DNA of 48,734 nucleotides from a virus (Duplodnaviria; Heunggongvirae; Uroviricota; Caudoviricetes): IMG/VR virus record IMGVR_UViG_2703718802_000011; one strand, 5' to 3'. Shown piece by piece: positions 1 to 8,672 of this stretch (position 1 is its first letter; each line of letters starts with the position of its first letter). The notes under the pieces were generated by a model. It saw only the letters and a program-made list of their open reading frames with translations, ran no database searches and was not told where the DNA came from. The position numbers and the translations under genes were made by a program.

Positions 1-408
1 TCATGGGTCTGACTCCAGAAATGTTGAGGGAATAAGGTGATCCCTGAGAGTTTTGATTTGTCTGCGCAGGGCGAAGAGTTCTGTACGGGTCAGTTCGCTG
101 TCAGGGCTTTTGCTGTCGAGATGACTCAACAGGTAGTTTAAATCCTGTGAAAGGCTGCCAAGTTTTATCCATGCTTCACGATTGATTTCTGGCAGAACCG
201 GCGGGAGTTTATTCAGGGAAGCCATCCTGAGCCATTCTCCTTTTTTATACTGACCTCTTTTACTGTCGAGAATAATTAATTCTTCTTCATTTAATCTGAC
301 ACTGATGCAGTGATGTCGTATTTCATTCTCAGGAAATTTGTCAGTATGGAATTTACCGCGTTTTGATACTCTGGTTATATCATCATCATTACTCATGTCA
401 CTGTTCAT
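1..408 (-). CDS. MobC/MbeC-family relaxosome accessory (mobilization) protein
   Basis: 135-aa ORF whose stop is at positions 1-3; pattern 'ISVRLNEEELIILDSKRGQYKKGEWLR ... GSLSQDLNYLLSHLD' resembles the ribbon-helix-helix plus NxLNQ-type motif of MobC/MbeC proteins. Assigned by motif memory only. Confidence 0.45.
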   Translation of the reverse strand: MNSDMSNDDDITRVSKRGKFHTDKFPENEIRHHCISVRLNEEELIILDSKRGQYKKGEWLRMASLNKLPPVLPEINREAWIKLGSLSQDLNYLLSHLDSKSPDSELTRTELFALRRQIKTLRDHLIPSTFLESDP

Positions 409-609
409 AGTTATCCTTTTATTTCATGTTTATTACTACAGATAACCGATGAAATGAATAAGTCAAGTTGTTACGGGATAAATAATTTAATTATCTGGAT
501 TAAAAAAGGTATACCATTTGACAAATAGTATACCCACGAGGACATATCAGATTAATGGTCATTAAATGAATCCTTGCAGACTAAGAAAAGGGTTGTTTAC
601 TCCAGAGTT

Positions 610-1563
610 TTAGAGTCTTTTTCGTACAGATGAACGGGGGATCTCTGGCTTCATTTCTTTTAACAGGTCTTTTTTCTCTCTTGCTGCGATATAAGAAAAA
701 ATCTTATCGGAGTCAGAACGCTGTCTGAGTATATCGTCGTCCATTCGGATACCATTTCGAATGAACCATTTCACACTTTCTATGCCGGTGTAGATACCAA
801 TATGTTTATCATGATAACAATTATAAAACTGAACATGACTGATATCGGTATATTTTTTCAGTGAGGTAAAGAAGTACTTCATGTTTTTGACATATAATGC
901 GAAGGAACAGTGTTCAGCGATAAGGATATTACGCCCTTTTTCATGAAGCAAAGCAATTAGAGGCAAAGCCTCAGTTGAAACATGTTTAAATAATACTGGC
1001 GTGCTGTCTATTCTATCAACATGGCGTTTGAGGGCATTAATACTGAAATCATATATCCACCACTCGTTGTCAGTCGGAAGATCCAGCACCGCTTTGCCAC
1101 CATAATCTCTGTGGTTTATGTCACACCCTTTATTTACCCAGTAATCAAAGACGTCATGATCGAGGAGGTCATAAAGAAGCGTTTGTCCTTCGTTATCTGT
1201 GCTGTGGATATCAATGCCCGCGTTTATGAGGAGTTCCGCACAATCTATGGCGTAGCGCTGCCAGTGAAGACAGGACTGGCCTTTATTATTTTTGTGGTGA
1301 ACGTTAATACCTGACTTTATCAATAGCCTCACTGCACGTGGGCTTTTTCTGCTAAACAGGGCATTATTACCATAACAATCTGTATGGTTCAGCGCTATGC
1401 CTGCTTCAATCATGGCTTTTAAAGCCCCGATACTGTCGCAACCGAAAAGGGCGTTTTCACCGTGTTCATTAAGTGTGTTAATGTCAATGCCTGCAGCAAT
1501 GCAATTCTGGACGTCTTTTTTAGTTTTGCTGTCAAATAAATTATCTTCTGTATAGTTACTCAT
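610..1563 (-). CDS. Ankyrin-repeat protein
   Basis: 317-aa ORF with repeated approximately 33-aa units such as 'GENALFGC..ALKAMIEAGIALNHTD', 'KGQSCLHWQRYAIDCAELLINAGIDIHSTDNEGQTLLY' and 'DYGGKAVLDL', matching the ANK repeat consensus; AT-rich codon usage. Confidence 0.6.
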   Translation of the reverse strand: MSNYTEDNLFDSKTKKDVQNCIAAGIDINTLNEHGENALFGCDSIGALKAMIEAGIALNHTDCYGNNALFSRKSPRAVRLLIKSGINVHHKNNKGQSCLHWQRYAIDCAELLINAGIDIHSTDNEGQTLLYDLLDHDVFDYWVNKGCDINHRDYGGKAVLDLPTDNEWWIYDFSINALKRHVDRIDSTPVLFKHVSTEALPLIALLHEKGRNILIAEHCSFALYVKNMKYFFTSLKKYTDISHVQFYNCYHDKHIGIYTGIESVKWFIRNGIRMDDDILRQRSDSDKIFSYIAAREKKDLLKEMKPEIPRSSVRKRL

Positions 1564-1577
1564 GGGCGTTCTCCTTT

Positions 1578-2018
1578 TTAAGCGGTCGTTTTGTGCCAGG
1601 TATTATTGTTGTATTCATATTCTTTTATCTTAATGATCTCGTCATAGATCCGTGAAAAAGAAAACCATGAGATCTCTTTCACTTCGCCTTTTTTGTTTGT
1701 GTAAATGATATTGCAGCCACGAAAAGAAAATGACTGATAGAAAGTATCGTGATTCTCCTCTTTAAGAAAACGGGTAAAAGCTTTTATGGTGTCTTTTTTT
1801 TCCATGCTATAAGAGAAAAAGGTATGGATAGCAAATATGGTCAGAATATTTCTTTCCGTCACCATATGTCTGGAAAAATAATTAAGATAAAAAACATGAT
1901 CTTCAATGCTATTTTTACAGAATATTGAAAAGTGAGGGTTATACAGACGGTAGAGATCTGTATTCTTTTTTGTTTTAGATAGGTAACTTGTCAGGGTTGA
2001 ATAGTTTTGTTTTTTCAT
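1578..2018 (-). CDS. Hypothetical protein, co-oriented and immediately upstream of the ankyrin gene
   Basis: 146-aa ORF ending 15 nt before the ankyrin start, so a likely two-gene operon; no recognisable motif. Confidence 0.4.
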   Translation of the reverse strand: MKKQNYSTLTSYLSKTKKNTDLYRLYNPHFSIFCKNSIEDHVFYLNYFSRHMVTERNILTIFAIHTFFSYSMEKKDTIKAFTRFLKEENHDTFYQSFSFRGCNIIYTNKKGEVKEISWFSFSRIYDEIIKIKEYEYNNNTWHKTTA

Positions 2019-2599
2019 TTTTATTCTCCTTTATTATTTTGATGAAATGAATGTATATTATCAAATAAATAAAAATCAAATTTATTTTTAATAATAAAAA
2101 ATAAGCAAGCGTTTTCTTTTGAATAAACTAATTTAATGTGATGTTTTATATAAATAAATTCATAGTTTGCAAAAAGTGCTATTTTTATTTCATGGTTGAT
2201 TGATGGGCGTTTTTCCCCATTGCTTAGGGGGAAATATATCCCATTAATATTAAATGTTTGAAGTGAATCGTATTTTAGCAGGGGAATATTATATCTTTTA
2301 CTTCTGTTTTGATTTTCAACTTTGTGTGTGAGACACAATATGTGATAGTGTTGTGATAATCGTAAGTATCCTGCCAAAACGAATCATTCACTTTAAACCT
2401 TTACTGACATATTGGTTATATATTCTGAGAAATTTATAGTGCAAAAGGCTCGGTGTGCAGACTTACGCCAGCCCAATCAAGCCGTAGTGCTTTAGTTTTG
2501 GGGCTTAGGTATGGTGGAAAAAAGCGACTCGTTAAGCTTACTGAGCTCTATGTATTTCAGGAGTCGGTCAGTAAGTTAACGATCCAAGAGGCTCATCAA

Positions 2600-2872
2600 T
2601 CATAAGAGATGTATCAATCTTGCGAGACTCTCACGGATTTTATCGCCGTCATAAATAGCAATCTCTTCAATATTGTTACCAATGAAAGTTTCAGCTGCCT
2701 GGATGGCTATCAGTTCAGACATACCAACGTTATCAGCCAGCTGGCGTGCTGCAATGACCTTGCTTTCAAGAGTTAGGATGACCGGCCTGTAGCCTGCGCG
2801 TTTGATTTTGATACAGTGTGAAATCAATTTCTCCATAGGTGCGGTGGTCACTTGGAATGCAGTCGTACCCAC
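2600..2872 (-). pseudogene. Possible gene remnant (90-aa ORF fragment) in a degenerate, ORF-poor stretch
   Basis: Isolated 90-aa ORF with protein-like composition, flanked by about 830 bp (2873-3700) with no ORF of 60 aa or more; looks like a decayed gene rather than an intact one. Confidence 0.2.
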
Positions 2873-3596
2873 CTGAAAGGCCCCTTCACGGTCAATGTGT
2901 GGATCATTAGCATTGGCCCTGCGACTACTGATTTTAACATCTAGGGAAACGTAGCTGATGTTTGGCTTCGATAAGATTCTGTAGCACCGCCTCAGTGGGG
3001 TTGTCAGAACATTCCGCTGCCGCCTTAAGAATATCGCTTACTAGAGATGAAACTGGTTGATTGTAATCCCGGTCGACCGTTACTCTATGTTTATCCGGAT
3101 AATTTTGGCGTACACATTAAGTGAAGAAAACTTCAAAGTGATTTGAAACAGATGTTGTATTCACTGGCTCATTTACATTAACTTGAGTGTTGTTCAGCAC
3201 ATGTTGAAACGCAGCTGTAAGGAAGATGATACAGCCAAGATGTATCCTTCATTATGGGGATTGGCGCGATGACCACCACGGCTTAGCCCGATTGATTATT
3301 TGGAAATTGATTAGAATGCATAATCTGGGCTGAGCTCACTTAAAGTCTCTAATGTTTGACTTGGAGATTTGGGGGGCAGTGGCTTTCAGTTTTGTTAACT
3401 CTAACATCTGGTTTACGTTCCTTTTGGAACAAGAAGCAGAGGTCTGCTAAGTAATGGTTGTACTGCTTGTGATAGGTATGACTGCATGTTCAGCGAGCAA
3501 GAATGGCTTAAAAGTTCTGTTACTGAGCACCCCATGAAGTTAGAACGATGTCATAACGTGCACGTAACCGTTGAACTGTTCTCTTACAGATAATCT

Positions 3597-3633
3597 CTAC
3601 ATAGCTATTATTGCTTAGGCGGTAGCTATGTAG
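3597..3633. repeat. Perfect 11-bp inverted repeat (ctacatagcta ... tagctatgtag, 15-nt spacer) about 80 bp upstream of the NACHT operon
   Basis: Read directly: left arm 3597-3607, right arm 3623-3633, followed by 'atggttttt'. Could be an operator or a terminator separating the operon from upstream DNA. Confidence 0.5.
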
Positions 3634-3711
3634 ATGGTTTTTGTAATATTATATTAAAAGTTCATACAGCGACTATAGCATCATTGCGAAAAATATCAGG
3701 AGGTGAGTTTA

Positions 3712-4764
3712 ATGTTACGAAAAAGCAAACTTACAGAGATATATAAAAGGTTTGGTTTTACTGAAGAAAATACAGGTAACGAAAGTATTGCTGTATATTC
3801 TATTAAAACAGGGCACTACCATAACGCGGACATACTTCCACTAAATAATGAGGTTAATGTAAATCAAACCTTTGAAGAATATAGGCAGTTAGGTTATGCA
3901 TGTCAAATTAAAAAATATCAGTCTTATGAAGAAGCACATAAGGAATTATTTAATGGCTTCTTTAGCGTCGATTCAACTAAAGAAAGGTTGATTAAAGATT
4001 ATAATACTTTCACAGATTCAATTGTAAAAATTCACTCACCTACTGCAACTTATTCCTACATAAATTCAAAATATTACTTAAATGGTGTTATTGGCGAAGC
4101 TAATGTTGTTACGGAAATATTAGAGAGAATACAACATAGGCGTCCAATTCTGTTTTTGATTGAGGCTGCAGCCGGTTTTGGAAAGACTTGCACGGCGTAT
4201 GAATTATTGAGGGAGATTATAGTTAACAATATAGGGAAAATACCATTATTTTCAGAACTATCAAGGAATAGGCAAGCAAAAATATTCAGGTATGTACTAT
4301 TAGATGAAATTGATAGAAGTTTTCCTTTGTTAAGCTCAGCCTTAGTAAGGAATGAAATAAGAGCAGGAAATGTACCAGTTATACTTGACGGGTTTGATGA
4401 ACTATTGCATGAAAGTACAAACGGAATTGAAAATAATTATGAAAAAACAGAGCCAATGCTGGAAACAATAAGTGAGCTTCTAACTGATAGTGCAAAAGTG
4501 GTTTTGACAACTCGAAGAACAGCTATATTTGACGGAGATGAATTCCATCAGTGGATAGCATCACATCAAGAAGATTTTGATGTGATAAGAATAAGAATTC
4601 ATGAACCACAAATTGAAGACTGGCTTCCAGGTCAACGTTTAGATGAAATTTCATCGACAGGATTTCCTCTTAACAAATTATCAAACCCTGTACTGCTATC
4701 ATTTCTAAGATGCATCGACGACACCGACTTTAATAAAGTTATAAGCGACCCAACAACTATATAG
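3712..4764 (+). CDS. NACHT-like STAND P-loop NTPase, N-terminal part (Walker A/B plus TxR motif)
   Basis: AGGAGG at 3698-3703, ATG at 3712 (the track ORF begins at GTG 3703). Motifs 'EAAAGFGKT' (Walker A), 'VPVILDGFDELLHE' (hhhhDGhDE-type Walker B) and 'KVVLTTRRTA' (TxR) match the NACHT signature. Confidence 0.7.
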   Translation: MLRKSKLTEIYKRFGFTEENTGNESIAVYSIKTGHYHNADILPLNNEVNVNQTFEEYRQLGYACQIKKYQSYEEAHKELFNGFFSVDSTKERLIKDYNTFTDSIVKIHSPTATYSYINSKYYLNGVIGEANVVTEILERIQHRRPILFLIEAAAGFGKTCTAYELLREIIVNNIGKIPLFSELSRNRQAKIFRYVLLDEIDRSFPLLSSALVRNEIRAGNVPVILDGFDELLHESTNGIENNYEKTEPMLETISELLTDSAKVVLTTRRTAIFDGDEFHQWIASHQEDFDVIRIRIHEPQIEDWLPGQRLDEISSTGFPLNKLSNPVLLSFLRCIDDTDFNKVISDPTTI

Positions 4765-5819
4765 TGAGGAAGTATTTTGATTCAATGCTTGAGCGAGAAA
4801 GAAAAAGACAAGATTTATTAATGTCTATTGAAGATCAATATACTATACTAAAAATAATAGCTGACGACATGGTCGAGGGTAACTACACATCTGAGTCTAG
4901 AGAGTATATATCGTTAGTCATAACTGAAAAGAATCAACAACTCTTGGAGGCTACAAGAAAGCTTTATACTGTAGATGAAAGACCAACTACTGACGAATTA
5001 GTTAATAAATTAGCATCGCATGCTCTATTAGATCGGTCAGGCTCAGAAAACCAAGGTATTGGATTTGTTAATGAATTTGTTCTTGGTAATTTTGTTTCTG
5101 AAAATATTATTAATGATAAGTCAAATGAATGGATTGGTGATAAACGTTTTATAGAACCAGCAGTGCAATCTTATATGCCGAGGATCGATGATGAAAAAGA
5201 ATTACTTTGGCATAGCTTAGAGTTTGCTTTATATTTTATGTCAGGTAATGATAAAATCCTTTATAGTCATTTGCTTATAGGAAAAGTTCCATTAGATTTA
5301 AAAAATGATAGTGTTGAGCAATTGTCTATATCAAAACTTTCTTTAGGCGATATAAATATAATACATGATACTATCTTTGTTGATTGTTCGTTTTTTAGCA
5401 GCATATTTACCTGTGGTAATTATAAAAACGTTACATTCGTGAACTGTTCTTTTATAGATTGTAGTTTTAACGAATTAAGTGGTAGGGAAGATATTTATTT
5501 TTTGGGATGTGAATGTGACAATGATGCTATTAATAAAAAATCTGTCGAGATAAACAGTGAAAATGATCACGATATTACAGATTGTGATATTTACATCTTA
5601 GAGAAGTTCTGTCCCAGAGGGAGTGTTAGCTATCATAAGCATCGGCCTATAAAAGGCTTATGTTCTAACAACAATCAATTTCAGTTAAGTGAAATACTCC
5701 ATTCTTTAGATAAATTGAGGAAAGACGGTCTTTTACTTACGCCAGACAAGCGTTCGTTCCTTGAACTTAACATGGCAAGAATATCAGAGATTAAAGCAAT
5801 TCTTGGGAGGAATTTCTGA
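4764..5819 (+). CDS. STAND NTPase C-terminal helical region plus cysteine-rich pentapeptide-like repeat domain
   Basis: Starts at GTG 4764 overlapping the upstream TAG (alternative ATG at 4785). 'GFVNEFVLGNFV' resembles the NACHT helical-domain motif; repeats 'FVDCSF', 'FVNCSF', 'FIDCSF' at about aa 204-245. Reading frame differs from ORF1. Confidence 0.6.
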   Translation: MRKYFDSMLERERKRQDLLMSIEDQYTILKIIADDMVEGNYTSESREYISLVITEKNQQLLEATRKLYTVDERPTTDELVNKLASHALLDRSGSENQGIGFVNEFVLGNFVSENIINDKSNEWIGDKRFIEPAVQSYMPRIDDEKELLWHSLEFALYFMSGNDKILYSHLLIGKVPLDLKNDSVEQLSISKLSLGDINIIHDTIFVDCSFFSSIFTCGNYKNVTFVNCSFIDCSFNELSGREDIYFLGCECDNDAINKKSVEINSENDHDITDCDIYILEKFCPRGSVSYHKHRPIKGLCSNNNQFQLSEILHSLDKLRKDGLLLTPDKRSFLELNMARISEIKAILGRNF

Positions 5820-6724
5820 TGTATAACGGGAATGAATTGCGAATTATTCAAAGTTTGCAAAAAGATATAGAAGATGAACTTAATCGTATTGGATTACTTT
5901 ATCGTTTTTTTTCGAGGACAAAATCAGAAAGCTCAATAATTAAGAAATATGAAAAAGAGCCTAATAAATACTCAGAGGATGGTAAAAAAATTCAAGACTT
6001 ATTTGGGGTTAGGATAATATTATATTTTCCTGATGATTTATTTATTGCTCAAAAAACACTGGAGAAATTATTCGAAATTGAATCTAAAACCGTAGACGAA
6101 ACCACGGCTAATCTCTTTGCGGCAACTCGATGCAATTACGTCTTTAAGTTACCAGAAGTATTATCAAATGATAGTGTCTTATTAAAGAAATATTCTTATA
6201 TTGATACTACTTTTGAAGTCCAATTTAGAACTATTTTATCTGAAGGATGGCATGAAGTTGAGCATGATCTACGCTATAAGTGCAAAGAGGATTGGGTTGA
6301 GCATAATGACCTTAGTCGCGCGCTGAATGGAATTTACGCCTCTTTGGAAACATCTGATTGGGGAATAATGAAGTTATTTGAGGATTTAGCATATAGAAAT
6401 TATAAGTCAAGCGCATGGTCCGCTATGCTAAGAAATAAATTAAGATTGAGAATGGACGATAAGCTTGATGAAAAGATAATTTCAATAATTAATGAGAAAG
6501 AGCTTGGTAAAAAGTTTTATAGAATTGACAGAGATCGTTTGTTATCGTTAATGTTAGATTATAATATTGATATACCAATTAATCTTAATAATATAATTTA
6601 CCTTTGTAATTATTTTTTCATAAAATCTACGGAGCTTCAGGATATAGCCCCTGCTTTAATAATGAAAAAGCTTACAGATGCTGATGAAAAATTCAATAAA
6701 AATACTATTTTAGCATCTAAATAA
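5819..6724 (+). CDS. RelA/SpoT-fold (small alarmone synthetase / toxSAS-like) nucleotide pyrophosphokinase-domain protein
   Basis: ATG at 5819 overlaps the upstream TGA (TGATG); GGGAGG at 5805-5810. Motifs 'SRTKSESSIIKK' (R-x-K-x3-S-x3-K), 'DLFGVRIILYF' (D-x2-G-x-R-I) and 'EVQFRTILSEGWHEVEHDLRYK' match the synthetase-domain signature. Confidence 0.7.
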   Translation: MYNGNELRIIQSLQKDIEDELNRIGLLYRFFSRTKSESSIIKKYEKEPNKYSEDGKKIQDLFGVRIILYFPDDLFIAQKTLEKLFEIESKTVDETTANLFAATRCNYVFKLPEVLSNDSVLLKKYSYIDTTFEVQFRTILSEGWHEVEHDLRYKCKEDWVEHNDLSRALNGIYASLETSDWGIMKLFEDLAYRNYKSSAWSAMLRNKLRLRMDDKLDEKIISIINEKELGKKFYRIDRDRLLSLMLDYNIDIPINLNNIIYLCNYFFIKSTELQDIAPALIMKKLTDADEKFNKNTILASK

Positions 6725-6742
6725 TAACTATCTCCGGCTATT

Positions 6743-6770
6743 AAGTAGGCCTTGTATTTTAGGCCTACTT
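6743..6770. terminator. Hairpin immediately after the RelA/SpoT-like gene (aagtaggcc / ggcctactt stem)
   Basis: 9-bp perfect stem with 9-nt loop starting 19 nt after the stop codon; flanking A/T runs but no canonical U-tract, so terminator function is tentative. Confidence 0.35.
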
Positions 6771-7776
6771 AAAAAGTTTCATTATGTGAAGTGATGATGA
6801 TAGCAAATCTGATATCTTTATGGTTGGATGCGAGAAAATATTTTTATCCCGACACAACAACTGGTAATGATAGAAAATTTAAACCCAAAAATGCTACAGT
6901 AGCCTCAGCTCACAAACGGAGTATAAAGTGGCGGTTACTCTTTAGTGGGAATACTGTAGATAGTTGATAAACTGGGCTGGATTTTCTTTTCTAACCGAAG
7001 GGAAGAAAAGCAAGGGGAACCCAAAGAAACAAGCGCAGCGGCTTCGTAGGGTTAGCCCTTGCTTCTTTTATAATTGGCATTATTCATTCAAGAACAATAG
7101 GATCTTCGCTTGTACAAGCGAAGCTATAATAAAAAATCAATTAATTATTTTAAAAGTATTAAGCAAGAGCCTATTGACATTCGTAAAATAAAAGTTATTT
7201 TTAATGTATGCCATAAATAAAAAGTTTTATGTCATATGTATCCTGCACTATGTGCAGTTAATGTGCCACTTGTCCCATATATGGGAATATTGGAAAGGTT
7301 ACTTTGTTTTGAAGTAGCCTTTCGTCCTTCAATATTCACGATTACTTATTGCTATTACCAAGTCCAGTCGAATCGAAGAACATCTTTTATCTGAAACGAC
7401 TCCTAATACCAGGTTGAAGCCACAATATCTCTCGCATAAGTAGACCAAAGAAAAATTATGATATTAACTATGTGATTTTTTTTAGTGTTAAGTTGAATAA
7501 TTATATACTGGAGAGTTTTCTGTACACTACCAATTGCTGGTTCATCTGTTCTGCCGCTGATGTTTCTGACTAATCTCCCGGTGACACAGAACTGTCCCTC
7601 TCTACCAGCCTTTATTCGACTCAATGTCCGGCTGCTGATACGCAGTTATCCCTTCGTATCAATGACTGACTCTTAAACGCAATGCTTTGGTTGCTGGCGT
7701 ATCTGACAGCTTCTTCGGCGTGAAGGTCGTTGTGTAAGTATACTTCTTGGTTTATTTAGGCTATATAAAACCATGA

Positions 7777-8139
7777 CTATGACTGGCTGTTTTCAGTAAG
7801 AGTCTTATCATCCAAAGAATTTATTCTAGAAATTCTTTTTAACTCATTAAGATAATCAACCTCGTTTTCTAAGAACCAATGAAGAACTTTAGAGTTGCCA
7901 AGTAATTTATTAATATATGACTGGATTATAACGAATTTCAACATATCTGAACCATACTCGGTTTGAAGTTTTTTCGTTTCTTCCGAAGTTGTTGCCATTT
8001 CTTGTTCCAGACGAAGTATGGTTTTTTTTATGTCCTTTTTATAGGGAGTGTTTTTCCCTTTATTTACTATCATCGATGACGGTGTTGCATCCAAGATGCT
8101 CATTGCAAATTTTTTACTATAATTATCAAAATTAATCAT
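7777..8139 (-). CDS. Hypothetical protein, last gene of the recombinase/ParB-like operon
   Basis: 120-aa ORF whose start overlaps the stop of the upstream ParB-like gene by 4 nt. Confidence 0.4.
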   Translation of the reverse strand: MINFDNYSKKFAMSILDATPSSMIVNKGKNTPYKKDIKKTILRLEQEMATTSEETKKLQTEYGSDMLKFVIIQSYINKLLGNSKVLHWFLENEVDYLNELKRISRINSLDDKTLTENSQS

Positions 8140-8672
8140 TGTACCGACTGCTTCAATTTGACGAATTGGCTTCTTTTCCTCAAAACGTCAAATGTAGCCT
8201 TAGGTATAGGTTTATCAGAAAGTTTCGCAATTACACTTGGATCTATGCCGTTCATCACATTAGCTTTATCTTTTATGGCATCAACAGATATGCCCAAAGC
8301 AGCACTAAGTTTTTCAATTGATACTTTTGCCAGAGACTTAATTATCATTCTATGTTCTTCAACTACATTTATATGATTCACTTGTTTGTTAGGAGTGAAA
8401 GCATCATCTATGCTCGAAAGTATACATGGAGCTTTTTCTATATCTAAGTCTTTTAAAGCCTCAACCCTTAAATGGCCATCAAGTATCTTAGTGACATCTT
8501 TATCTTTGTCATAGAATACTATTATTGGTTCAATAATACCCAAGCTTTCGATAGAGGTAACTATTTGATGATATTTATGGCTTCGCTTTACGTTTTCTAA
8601 TAATTCCTTAGATGGAATTAACTTATTAGTTTCCAGGTAAATAAAATTTTTGCCAAAACGTATCTGAATCAT
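8136..8672 (-). CDS. ParB/Srx-fold (ParB N-terminal domain-like) protein
   Basis: 178 aa; 'IIVFYDKDKDVTKILDGHLRVEALKDL' resembles the ParB/sulfiredoxin DGHHR-type motif; 4-nt overlap with the upstream gene. Confidence 0.45.
   Translation of the reverse strand: MIQIRFGKNFIYLETNKLIPSKELLENVKRSHKYHQIVTSIESLGIIEPIIVFYDKDKDVTKILDGHLRVEALKDLDIEKAPCILSSIDDAFTPNKQVNHINVVEEHRMIIKSLAKVSIEKLSAALGISVDAIKDKANVMNGIDPSVIAKLSDKPIPKATFDVLRKRSQFVKLKQSVQ

Noticed and set aside
2021-2377. 118-aa ORF on the minus strand
   Set aside because: Extremely AT-rich, low-complexity translation with no RBS context; more likely promoter/spacer DNA upstream of the 1578-2018 gene.
6964-7624. Small ORFs (75 aa plus strand, 73 aa minus strand) in the 1-kb spacer after the RelA/SpoT-like gene
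   Set aside because: No RBS, odd composition, and the region has hairpins and palindromes more consistent with noncoding DNA.
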